Shown here: positions 13,308 to 25,135 of the stretch, one piece after another
Layout of the letters: each line of letters opens with the position of its first letter
Numbering within the stretch: position 1 is the first letter of the stretch
Assembly: GCA_013239625.1 (NCBI GenBank)
Contig: MU053933.1
Location: 1,947,026 to 2,011,025 of the forward strand
DNA from: Lama guanicoe
Taxonomy: Eukaryota
Length of the DNA stretch: 64,000 bases
Reading direction: 5' to 3'
Notes under the pieces: generated by a model
What the model saw: the letters and a program-made list of their open reading frames with translations, nothing else
The model's database searches: none
Told to the model about the DNA's origin: nothing
Program-made: the position numbers and the translations under genes

Positions 13308-13904
13308 CTGCTCACAGTCCTCTGTTCCTCCAGGCGGGAGCCGGCCCGGAGGCAGGCCGGGCTGCAGGAAGTGAGCTGTTCTCGCGGAGACGCTGCTGGC
13401 GCTGCCAGGGCGGGGGTGGCCTTTCCTGCCAAGTGTGTGCCCTGGCACCCCGCAGGAGCCAAGCTGGTGTCCCTGCAGGCCTGGAAGGTGGCTGTCACCT
13501 GAGTGAAGTGCTCAGAACCCCAACAGCAGCCTGAGCTTGCCTGCTCCTGGCCGTGCGGGCAGGCTGGCCCCTCCGCACGGCTGCGGTCAGTCTCCTCCAG
13601 TAGAACCTGCAGCCGCTGGTCCCCGGTTCAGGTGGACAGCAGGTCCACTGTGCTCCGTCCACCCGGGCCCCTGCCCCAGGGCCCCCAGCACTTTCCTGCT
13701 GTGGGTGGGCCTGCCACTGCCCCCAACCCCCAGCAGCAGGGCGCCCACGCGTGCCAGTCATCCTGGCACCCGGGAGGGTGGAGGGCAAGCGAGCCGACAG
13801 GCTGGGTGCACGGGCCCGAGGGAGAGCCGGTCTTGTGTCCTGGGCCGAGGGCAACTGGCCCACAGTGCCTCACCGGCCTCAAGTCTCAGGTGAGGAGGGT
13901 GTCA

Positions 13905-14050
13905 GTCCAGAGTCCAGGGGGCATGGATGTGACTTCTCCGGGAAACCAGCCTTCCCCCAGGCAGGCTCCCGCTGGGTCCAGAGTCCAGGGGACATGGATG
14001 TGGCCTTTCCGGGCGCCCAGCCTTCCCCCAGGCAGGTTCCCACTGGGCCA
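13905..14050. repeat. Tandem duplication, two copies of a 71-bp unit
   Basis: gtccagagtccagggg(g/a)catggatgtg...ccagccttcccccaggcagg(c/t)tccc(g/a)ctggg starts at 13905 and again at 13976. Confidence 0.9.
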
Positions 14051-15837
14051 AGAAAGGAGCCTGGTTTCTAGGGCAACATCATCTTGATTTATGCAAAATG
14101 ACTGACATGGAGAAGGATTTGGACAGATGACATTCCTTTAAACCTGGGGCGATCTGGGGGGCCTCGGTGGGCCCCAAAGCTGGCTCAGAAAAGCCTGAGG
14201 GAGGTCACGTTCTCACCAGTGTCCACCTGCCCAGCCTGTCCCCTCTGCTGGGCCCACATCTCTCCTGTCCTTCCGTCCTGGGATGCGTGTCCACACAGCT
14301 TTACTGGTTTAGATGTGTTACACACATGCAGCCTTGTTGAGAAACATCAGATATTTGCACTTTTTTCCTCCATAGAGACCATCCACCGAGGACAGAGGTG
14401 TAAATTCACTTGCCATTGACAGGAACTCGGTGGTTCTGCAGATTGGCATCTCTGGGAAAGGTTGGAGTTCTCCCTGAGAACCTGGCTGTCCCCGGGAGCC
14501 GGCACCGGGGCGAGGGGTCTGGGCTTGGCACGGTCCACGGGCGCCTTTCTCCTTAAGACCTCCGGCCCCACTTTCTGCTGAGAAGAGCGCCCGAGCCTGC
14601 TGGAGGTCATGTCTGCACCTGGAGGCGGCACTTGGACCTGATGGAACCAGCCGGGGGACTTCTCAGTGTGGCGCTCACAGCTGAGGACGGTGGGCCTGGT
14701 GCCTGTGACTGAGACACGGAGTTAAGCATCACCCATGTTTCCAAGAAGGTTCGTCCCCAAATCAAATCCATCGCAGTACGTTAAAAACATCATCACTTTC
14801 GAAATACGTTGTCTTGCGTAAGTGACATGAGCAACGTATATCGCAGGACAAGTGGAGGCTGACACTGGTTTTTTTATATTTGAATGTTATCAAGTTCATC
14901 TGTGATGAGATGCAGATGGGAAATTCACTTTTTTTAAAACCTAAACTCATGTCTTTATTGTATGTTGTTTAAAAATGGCAAAATGGTGTAAGGTTTTGTG
15001 AGCCAGAAATGCCAGGGAGTGGGGTCTGGATGCTGGGGTTCCGGGGGGCTGCCCTTTGGGCAGGTGCAGTCCTGGGGTCGCTGTCTGACAAGGGGAGGTG
15101 TTGCGTGACCGTGCCGGGAGGTGGAGGAGTCTGACGGGGAGCTGAGCCCTTTCCGAGGGGTCTCCATCCTTGCTGGCGCCCAGGGCTGAGCAAGAGGATG
15201 CGTGCCAGGAAGGGCTGTCCTGTTCTTGCTTCAGGGCAGTTAGGGAGGAGACAGGCCTGTAGGAGACCGCTGAGCTGATGGGCCCCCACCCGAGGGGTCT
15301 AGGGAGCTGCTCCTGGGTTAGCAGGAGCCTGCAGCGAGGAGAAGGAGGGCCAGGATCCTGGTGGGGCACCTGCCTGTAGACCAACCAATTGAACCTGCAG
15401 ACCCCAAGCCCATCCCCACCCCATCCCCTCCTCTGTCCCCACCCACTGGGACCCTCAGCCTGCCCTTCTCCTCAGTCAGGGACCCCCCAGCGCCGCCTGC
15501 TCTGTCCCTTGTGGTGCTGGGGCAGGTCCCAGGGCAGAAAGCGAATGCCGATTCTGGGTCGGATTTAGCCGGATTCCTGTCCTCATGGACACGGTCAACG
15601 TCTTGGTTAGATCTCTAGTATAACTGGCCCTTGTCAGTGGAAGTGTCTTTCTGGAGCTTGGGAGGGACACTCACAGCTGGTGGTTGCTGGCCACAAAGGG
15701 TGATTTTTGGGTTCTTCTCCGTGTTCTTCTGTACTTTCCAAATCCCCACAAAGTGCATCAGAAAGAGCGTCGCATGTGCTGACAGCAGTGGAAAGGCGTG
15801 TCTTGAAGTCGCACATGTCTGTGTTTGGAGTGTAGTC

Positions 15838-16340
15838 TGTCAACAAAAAGAACCAATAAAGAATCAATAATAAGAACAGGAAAGAGTTTTATTTGAGCCA
15901 AACTGAGGACCAGCCTGGAAGCCCGCTTCCCAGGCTCCTCCGAGAAACTGCTCTGGAGAAGCAGGGCTCCCAGCACAGTTTTATGTCTTGTCAGAACAAA
16001 GGGCATTAAACAAGTCAGGGATGTGTCCCTTCAAGGTTTCAAAAAATAGAACAGCCAGGCAGACACAGCGAGTTGGCGCGGCCTCGGCACCTGAGCGGGG
16101 TCTTATCACCAAAGCAGGCCCGGCACTGGCTCCCGGAGGGGCGCTTCATCTGTGTTTTCAACACGGACCTTCTTTCCTTCTGGCCAGCGGGCCCTTTTCT
16201 GTGATAACTGAAGCCGATGGACGGTGCGTGTTTGACGGGCCACAGATGCTGTTTCGGTCAGCATCAAGTTCAAGGGCGCCCCCGTACAAGCCAGAAGGCC
16301 CCCTTACATCTCAGGATGTGAACGTGTGTCAAATCTCACG
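15838..16340 (-). mobile_element. ERV-type solitary LTR
   Basis: Begins tgtcaacaaaaag. The minus strand has AATAAA (15893-15888) and a TATA-like CATAAAA near 15980, which is LTR U3-R-U5 geometry. The right boundary is approximate. Confidence 0.6.
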
Positions 16341-18904
16341 GGAGGAAGACGTGCCCTGAGCACGGACCGGCTTCTGCTGTCTTGCTCTCCTCCCCCACCC
16401 CCCGTCGTGACTCCACGCCAGGGGCGCGGGCCCTTCTGTGGCCGTGTGGCTGGCAGCCGCGGTTGCCTGCGCCCTGACGGAGTGGCCCGGCATCTGTCGG
16501 CTTGCAGGACCCTCTCTAGAACCTTACAGAGAGGCCGCACCGTGCCACACGCAGACACAGGGCCCTGTGCTGGGCAGGCTCGCAAGGCCCGCAGGCCTGG
16601 CCCCACCTTCATTTGGGCTTCCTGCGACAGGGAAAACTTAAATAAGAAACCTGAGGCTGGGGGACTCGAAAGGGAGTTCCTCACATTCCAATTTGATGGG
16701 CAGAAAGAAGATTCTAGGACGAGAGTCTTGGTGTGGTCAAAAGAGGGAACCAAGACGCCCCCCACCCTCCCCATGCCCGCGCCCGTCTGGTCCCGGGAGG
16801 GGACGGTGCTGGCGGCACGGTGTGGGGCGGACTTCTGAGCCCCTGCACCTCTACGTGTGGGTGCATGTGCACTTGTGTTCATGTGTGTGGACTCATGTCT
16901 TCTCAGAGAGACCCTCCATTCTGCAGAAACCCTTCTCTGGGAGGGAGGCGCCCTGACATGCGGCCCAGCTGACCGGAGGTGACCTAGGTGACCGGGGCTG
17001 GGGGAGGTCTGGACAGCAGCCTTCCTACAGGTTTCTTGTCAGGAACCAGCAGGTTTGGCCCAGAGGCAGTGCCTGGGGGCCCTGTCAGCAGCCCCCCAGA
17101 CACGCCAAGTGCTAACCGGCCCCTCCTGCCCCTCCCCTGCACAAACCCGCAGCCCGGGTGCTCGAATGCCCGGGGAAGGTGGCCTGCTCGCCTAGGTGCC
17201 CCAGGTCAAGGGCGGGCAGACGTCTTGCTCTTCTCACCAGGTAGCCCTGGCTCGGGACCTTCGGGCCTGGAGGGGGCCCACTCACTTCCTCCCTGTGCCC
17301 GCGGCTTGCGCTGGTGGAATGTTCTCCTGGAAGCTAATCTCTATGTTCTGGGTGTGGAGTTTCCCTGGCAAGTGGCTCGGAGAAAGTAAACACAGCCGGG
17401 ACTTGCCTGGAGGAAGCAAATCACCCCAGCAGCCAGTCGGGGGTTCCCGTGGCCTCTGGCCAGGACCCACACTTTCTCCAAGTGCGCCCTCAAGACCTGG
17501 ACTTGGGGCCTGTCCAGCCAGCGTGTTTGGGTAGATGGCAGGTTCCAGAACAAACCAGCGAATTGCTTAGTGCCACTGAGTAAACAGGGAACGCGGTGAA
17601 TTTCATGTGGTGTGTACTTCACCACAGAAACAAGTCAGTCAGTCCGCGGAAGAACCACGGCACTGGCAGCTCAGCCTGCAGGTGGGAGGCCCGGCCCCAC
17701 GTGGCTGGGCCTGGTCCGGGCCTCGGGGCCGACACCCGTGCTGGCCAGGCCACAGCTTCAGTGCAGTTCAGGCCCTTCCACGCTCACAGCAGCTGTCGGC
17801 AGAACCCAGTTCCTTGCAGGTACCGGCCCGAGAGCCCTGTTTTCCAGTTGGCTGTCGGTCAGGGGCTGCTCTCTGGGCTGGAGGCCGTCCCAGTCCTTCC
17901 CTGGTGTCCCGCCGTCCCACAGACAGCACCAGCCACGGAAGACTCCCGGCTCCCAGAGGGCTTGTGTCCTGAGGCCGCAGCCAGATCCTCTCCCCAACGG
18001 CAGGTCAGCGGGTTAGTTGCGGAATCACGTGCTCAGATCCCTTGGCAGAGTGTCCTGCAATCACGGGAGCAGCCTCGGGCTGAGACCCTCAGTCCCCTGC
18101 TGACCTAGTGCTGGGGTTGGCCTGCTGTCCCTTCCACCAGAATCCCATCCACGCCAGGGCTTTTCAGTCACGAGGGGCCCGCGAAACGCAGGTGCCACTT
18201 GGAGGTCTGGGGTCACGCTCCCGTGGTGCCCAGGCTGCTGTCCACCGTGAGCAGTGTCTAGAGGTCACCCTTCCTGATGGGCGCTCTCCAACCCCCCCGA
18301 GGGCCCCACCTCATCCGCTCATCGACCTGCTCACCTGCCTGAGGACCGAGGCCCAGCCAGCAGCGGCGCCCCTGCGGGAGTCAGGCCGCTGCCCCAGACG
18401 GGGAAGCCGCGATGCCGAGGGGCAGGAGCAGGCCCAGCACTTCTGAGCGCCCTGCCCCGCATTTCAGGGCTGACCCTGGATTCCTTGCCAGTGGCTGCGA
18501 GCTGCCTTTGCGGCACCAGGGCGGCCAGCCGGGGGCTGTCGCTGCCCCGCTCAGTGGGCCGGCGGCGTTTCCTGGAGCTAATCCCAAGGTTGCGCTGGCC
18601 CCACCACAGGGTGACAGTAGAATTTCGTGTCTCATACTATGGTTCAACTCCTCAAACGTCTGCCACAGGGCACTCTTGCCAAACAGAGTTAAACTGGAGT
18701 CCAGAAGCCTTCAGAGTGAACTTGCAGCTGCAGGGATGACAAGGGATGGGAAAACCAGCCGCCAGGCCAACGCCGGCTGTGGGTGTTCCGCAGGACGCCG
18801 GCCTGGCTCCCTGTCAGCGCCGCTGGGGCGGCCTGTGCTCCAGGGACCCCACACCCGGGGCTGTGACAGATCACGTGCAGCCTGGGTTGAGTCCTCTCCA
18901 GGAG

Positions 18905-19360
18905 AGACCAGCTGTAGAAGATGTTCTTGGGCCATCTGGGAGACTGGAACATGAACTGAGGACTAGACATTATGAAAGAATTTGCCCTGATTTTGTCAAG
19001 CTGATGAAGTTGTTTATGGGAAAAATATGTGTATTTTTTAAGAGACGCAAACAGAAATATTTCAGGGAGGAATGGCATGAGGGCTGTGGTTTGCCGTCCG
19101 ATTATTCAGCATGAATAAAGTAGCAAGAAAACATGCCAATAGTAAGGGTGAGATTAATGCCGTTAGTGGTCCCACTCCCCTGCCCCAACTGTGTAATTCA
19201 GAATGAAACTTCATGGTTTTGAAATGTAATAACAAGTATAGACTCAAGTGGTAGAAATAACCCATGGTGTGTGAGGTAAGATTAGGTGGTCCACTCTTTA
19301 GAAAGGAGGGTATTTGCCTCTCCTTACAATTTCTGGAAAATATAATTTTTAAAAGATTGA
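18905..19360 (+). mobile_element. Old LINE-1 3' UTR (L1MC/L1ME-like)
   Basis: AT-rich block resembling ancient L1 3' ends (agaagatgttcttgggccatctgggagactggaacatgaactg, agagacgcaaacagaaatatttcagggagg). Confidence 0.5.
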
Positions 19361-19367
19361 TAAGGCA

Positions 19368-19984
19368 TGATGGTTAATTTTATGTGTTGGCTTGGCTGGG
19401 CCATGGTCGGTACTCAGACATTTGGTCAAACACATTTGGATATTGCATTAAAAATTTTTTAAAGATGAGATTAACATTAAATCACACAGGGAACTATGTT
19501 CAATGTCTTGTAATAACCTTTAATGAGAACAAATGAGAATGAATATATACATGTATCTGCATGACTGGGACATTGTGTTGTACAACAGAAATTGACACAC
19601 TGTAACTGACTATACTTCAATTAAAAAAAATGAGATATCCCCAAGTTAAAAAAAATTAAATCAATGGACTCCAAGTAAAAGCAGATTGCCTTCCAAAAGG
19701 TGGGTGGGCCTCGTCTAATCAGTTGAAGGCCATAAGAGAAAACAGATTGAGGTCCCTTGAGGAGGAAGGAATTCTGCCTCCAGATGGCCTTCAGACTTGA
19801 GCTGCAATATCAACTCTTCCTGGGTCTCCAGCCTGCCCTGCAGACTTCGTACTTGCCAGCCTCCACAAGCGCCCAAGCTGATCCTTAAAATAAATCTCCT
19901 CCCCCACTTATATCTATATACCAATATAGCTAGAGATATATCCCTTATTGGTTCTGCTTGTCCTGGAGAACCCTGATTCATACA
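19368..19984 (+). mobile_element. MLT2 (ERVL) LTR interrupted by an L1 fragment
   Basis: tgatggttaattttatgtgttggcttggctgggcca...gatgagattaacat...agcagattgccttcc...attggttctgcttgtcctggagaaccctgattcataca. Confidence 0.85.
19485..19654 (+). mobile_element. 5'-truncated young L1 3' end nested in MLT2
   Basis: cacagggaactatgttcaatgtcttgtaataacct...acactgtaactgactatacttcaatt + poly-A, flanked by target-site duplication attaaatca (19476-19484 and 19655-19663). Confidence 0.85.
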
Positions 19985-20934
19985 CAGGGAATGTTATAAG
20001 AAGCTGCAAATCCACAGGAAGGTGTGGAGGGATGTGGTAGGTCATGGGGTGGGATGGGGACCAGTGCTCTTTCTTAGGTAAGCTGCACCAAAGGGCTCTG
20101 GGGTGGGCAGGGGACCCTGAGAGTCTGGTACTGGCTCTGGATGTGACGGCCTCCACACCTCTTCCAGGCCCTACCTGCCATGTCACCCCTGTCTGCTGTG
20201 AAGTGTGACCCCTGAAGGACCATTGTTCCTGATAAGGTGGAAGAGGTTTAACTTTAGCAGCAGGTCTTTTGTAACTTTCATATTTTATTCACATAACCTA
20301 CTTGAACTTAATTCTAGTGTCAATCACCTTGATTCCCCTGTCTGCGCATCACTGTTTGTGAGTCTTCGTTTTGAGTCACTGCTCATTTGCCCAGATAATT
20401 ATTTGAGTTGGTTTTTCGGGTAGGATATGTTCTCAGTACAATTTCTGAACCCCCTGTATCTGAGAATTTTTTTCCTGCTGCCTGTACATGTGCAGAGGGT
20501 CACCCCACAGTGACCTGGCTGGGTACAGACGTCGTGGTCTGGAGCTGTGGCGCTGTGGCCGTCCTCCGTAGTCTCCTGGTGTTTGCACAGAACTCTTTTG
20601 CCCCACTCTGAGTGTCTTCCTTTCATGTTTTCCACTTGAAGATTCTCATCAGATTGTCATTAATTTTTTTTGGTACCAACAAGACTTTTTGTTAAATAGA
20701 TTGAGATTGGTCTTCAGTTCAAGAAACTTTCTTCTACTGTGTCTTTGATTACTGTCTCTGTTGTTTGTTCATGTTTCTTCCTCTGAAAAAGCAAGTCTGC
20801 ACCTGCTGAGGATGTGTGTCGGTGAGCCTGGGCCGGGGGGCAGGGCTGCTTCACCCAGATGCACCCCACGGTCCTTACTTGTCACAGGTGAGCAGGCAGG
20901 TGAGGGGTCAGGAGCCGGGACCAGAGCCTGGCCA

Positions 20935-21095
20935 CCGGGATGACCAGCTGTCTGGCTGTGGGCAAGCTATCTGCTGTTCCCAGCCTCAGTTTCCCCACCT
21001 GTAGCAGAGGCGGTCACGGGAGCCCTCCGTCAGCTGAGCGGGAGGGCTCAGGGCGCTGTGCACGTGCGGCCTCAGAGCTGGTTTGCTCATTTTTG
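20935..21095 (+). mobile_element. MIR SINE fragment
   Basis: MIR core-like ctgtgggcaagctatctgctgttcccagcctcagtttccccacctgta. Confidence 0.55.
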
Positions 21096-23214
21096 CTGTT
21101 ATTGTGACCACCAAACAGACGCAGAACACTCTGTCTCCTTGGAGGCCCCCGTGTACCCTTGGCTGACGTGCTTGGCCCAGCTTCCCTGGCCTGCAGTCTG
21201 CGGCCTCCTTGGGGGATGAGGAGAGGGCTACTCTCTGAACTGCCCGTCCCCTGCCCAAGGCCCTGCCCTGCCCGGCCCTGACCTCTGAGCCGGGTGGGCG
21301 CCGGGCCCAGCAGGCCCGTCAGACCCCTTCCTCAGGAGTGTGGAGCTGCGGCAACCTGCCCAGCACGCCAGGACTGAGGGCGGAATGTTCTCAGACCGCG
21401 AGTGGTCCAGGTCCCCGCCAGGCGGATCGCGCATGGCCGGGGGAGGGGAGGGAGGGCGGCATCCAGCCCCAGCGAGGAGCAGAGACGAGGGCTGAGACCA
21501 GAGTCCGGGCAGCGGGCACCCTTGCCACCCACTGCTCCTGACCTTGGCTGGGACTCCCACCCCTCCTCCTACGCTCCCGTCTGCACCTGCTAGTCTGAGC
21601 CGGGTTCTGGGAGGTGCGGTCAAGCATAACCAAGAGGAGGCCCTTTCCCCACTCAAGTTCTCCGTCGCCCGGAAGTTTCCCGGTCCGTCTGGACGCAGGA
21701 CTGAGTTTTCACCTCTCCGTGCCTTCGTGAGCCCCCCAGTGAGGCCCGCCCTCAGGCCGCCCAGGGGCAGACCGATCAAGGAGCTTCTGTTCTCTGAGTG
21801 CTTAGCCTGGGTTCTCTGCCTCTTCCTTCTTCACTCAGCTTCCTTTTTCATACTGACAGACGTCCTGCCCTTGGACCGTCCTTGCACTGCTAACGTAAAC
21901 CCACTGGGTGGCCGAGCACGATGACTGGATACCTTGGCACCGCGGCTGATACGTCGGCAGAACATTTTGGCAACTATTTTATCCAGAATGTTTGCACCTC
22001 TGGACACACGTGGAATGGCGTCATTTCCCCACGCTACCTTTATGAAAGCTGTGTTTTCATACATTAAAGGAGGCTTTCCACCTTCTTCCTGCGCCTAGAA
22101 AAGTTTACACGAGATTGAAATATCGACTTAAAAAGCGAATAAAATTTAGCCGAATCTGAACTTCAAAGCTGAATTCTGCCAAAGAGAGATCTTTAGCCGC
22201 CTTTCTAATTTCTTCTCTGGAAGCTGGACTTGAAATGTTCCAGTTCTAGGACTCGTTTTGGTCATTTTGGTCATTTTTTGGTCTGTTTTGCTAGAGAAGC
22301 AGCGGTTCCCTCCGTGTTCCTGGCGATGGGTCTGACTCCCTCGGTTACAGCCCCACCGTCCTGGGGCAGGATGCGCTGCCCAGCCCGGGGTCCTGCCCAC
22401 CCTCCTGCCGTGCCTCTGGGCAGGGGCCGGGCAGGGACCGCGGGTCCAGCTTGGGCCCAAGGCCTGCCTTCGGATTGCGCCTCAGTGCCACATGTCTGTG
22501 CCTACACGGCGACGTTCTCACTTGGGAAGCAAACAGTGGGTGGGGCTTGCAGGGCCGTGGTGACAAGAGACACTCTGGGGAGAGGTGACAGGGCGTTGCC
22601 CCCGGGGGCTGTCTTGATCAGCAGATGCCACTCCCGCCGCGCCGCCGTGGGATGTTCTTCACCAGACGTTACCTTGCTTGAAAACGAGTTCGGCTGGTTG
22701 ATCCAGCTCAGGGCCCAGCAAGCCTGGCCTTCCTAATGCTGGCTTCATGCCTTTTTAGCTTTTCATTAAGTTTAAATTCTCTTTAAGTTCTATTCTAATT
22801 TAACGCGCCATTTTTCTTTCTAAGCATTTCAAATACCTGACAAGAAACGTTTACACCACAAACACACCGATCCTCTTCAACACTTCAATTACTCTTTATC
22901 TAATAAATTAAGCTTCTAACAGATCACGTTCACATGCACGTTCTGATACTGTCTTACAAGCTTAAATAGTGTAGCAACTCGCAGTGTAAAATCACAACTC
23001 TAATGGGAATCGTACGTTATTCCTAAGCTTACCTTTGAGGATAAGTACTACAAAAAGGTGGAAATGGTGCACTCTTTCTACTAAAGTCTGTTGTTGTTTG
23101 GCTGAATTATAGCTTAATGCTAACTCTGCTGTGTCTGTAAAGAAGTTAATGATCTGCAAAGCTTAACTTTTTATGATAAAAACAGTCATGTTTTTATGTT
23201 TAGCCCGTTTATTT

Positions 23215-24625
23215 TTTAAATTATGGTAGTGTATATATATATATATATACCATGCCATTTACCATTTTAACCATTTTTAAACGCACACTTCACCAGCATC
23301 GCGTACATCCACACCACTGTGGAACCATCCCCACTGTCCACCTCCAGGACTGCTTCACGTTGCAGAACTGAAACGCCACACCTGTTAGACAGGTGCCCTG
23401 GCCCTGGCAGCCGCCGGCTCTCTGCTGGAATTTCACTGCTCTAGGGAACTCAAGTAAGTGGAGTCCCACGGTATTTGTCCCCTTGGCTTCTGGTTCATTT
23501 CACTCAGCGTAACGTCCTCCAGGTTCATCCACCTGGTAGCGGGTGCCAGAATTTGCTTCCTCTTTAAGGCTGAATACTGTTCGTGGTGTGGATGGACCAC
23601 ACTTTGTTTACCCACCATCTGCTTATGGATGATGTGCGAGTTCTTCTCCTTCCACCTTTCGGCTGCTGTGCATATGCTGTGAACATGGGTGTGCAGTTAT
23701 CTGCTCAAGTCCCTGCTCTCACTTCCCTTGGGCATAGGCCCAGATGGAGGGTATGGTGACTGTACGTTTGATTCTTTTGAGGAAGCACCATCCTGTTTTC
23801 CGCTGCAGCACCATTTTACATCCTCACCAGTAGTGCGCAAAGCTTCCGATTTCTCCACATCCTCGCCCGCACTTTGGCTTTGTTTTCTGCTGTTCGATGG
23901 TATTGTTGTTTTAATAGTAGCCGGCCTAGTGGGGGTGAAGTGACACCTCTTTTGTGTTTGTTTTTTTTAATGTTCACTGTGTTTGTTCAAAGCTCTTTTT
24001 TGGGGGGAGAGGGTAACTGGGTTTATTTGCTTAATTTTTAAAAATGGAGGTACTGGGGATTGAACCCAGGCCCTGCTACACGTGAAGCGCACACTCTACC
24101 CCTGAGCTCGCTGTACCCTCCCTCCTTGTGTGGTTTTGCTTTGCATTCGCTCCTGATCAGCCATATTGAGCATCTTTCCAGGTGCTCATTTCCAATTCTT
24201 CTTGTCTCCTTTGGAAAGACGTCTATTCAAGCCCTTTGCCCATTTTGAAAACCAGGGCCATTTGTTTTCTGCTGTTGAGTTCTAGGAGTTCCTTGTATAT
24301 TCTGGGCACTAGCCCCTTAGATGACACGCGAATATTTCCCCTCATTCTGAGGTTTGTCTTTTCACTCTGTCGATAGTATACTTTGATGCACAGAGTTTTA
24401 ATTTTGCTGTAAATCAAATTTATCTAGTTTTTCTTTTGCTGCTTGTGCTCCCGTGTCAGATCCAAGAAACCGCTGCCCAACCCCACGTCGCGAAGCTTGT
24501 CCTCTGTTTTCATGTGAGAGTTCTACTGTTGTAGCTCCTGCAGTTTTGCCTCTGGTCCGGTTTGAGCTCATTTTTGTGTGAGGTGTGAGGTGAGGGTCCT
24601 ACTTCATTCTTTAGCACGTGGACAT
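23215..24625 (-). mobile_element. Old LINE-1 3' region (L1MA/MB-like), interrupted by a SINE
   Basis: atttaccattttaaccattttt, ggttcatccac and tttaaggctgaatact. Decayed ORF2 peptides on the minus strand: 'RWMNLEDVTLSEMNQK' and 'SKGLVPRIYKELLELN'. Confidence 0.88.
23955..24125 (-). mobile_element. tRNA-derived SINE (camelid Vic-1-like)
   Basis: Minus strand reads gggagggtacagcgagctcaggggtagagtg...ctgggttcaatccccagtacctcca (A and B boxes), followed by an A-rich tail. Confidence 0.8.
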
Positions 24626-24673
24626 GTGGGTGGGTGTCTTTAAGAAGACGTGGAAACGTTGTAGGAAAAAATG

Positions 24674-25135
24674 TGTTACAGCTCAGTGTTCCAGCTCAGT
24701 TGTGACAGCAACCTGGATCCGGGCGAGAGACCAGGCAGCACTCGGAGAGTTGGAGAAAACTCAGGTTTATTACACCAGAGGAGATAACACTCCAAGCTCA
24801 GGACCCGTCTGTGGGTTTACGCCGGCTTTTACAGGCTGCCAGTTTACACTTTGCAACATCATATGCAAATAAGGTATAACAAAAGTTGACTAATTAGGAA
24901 CAAGCTTTGTAGAAATGGACCAATCGGGAGTGAGAGAAATAACCAATCAGGGGTGAAGGAAATAACCAATCAGAAGTGAGCTCAGGGAACCAATAGGATT
25001 TTAGGGGTAAGTAAGCCGGTTCAGAGGCAAAAAGTGAGATAGAGCCTCTGGGCCAGGGAACCGGATGGTGCCGGCAGGAGAGTAGTGGCCCTGTCTGCAG
25101 GTCCTGCCGGTCTTTTTATGGGGCTGCCCGCCTCA
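24674..25135 (-). mobile_element. ERV LTR with adjacent polypurine tract
   Basis: TG...CA termini. On the minus strand: four ATTGG boxes, an octamer, TATA-like TGTAAAAG and AATAAA (24771-24766). A purine run ggggag lies immediately 5' of the TGAGG start. Confidence 0.75.
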
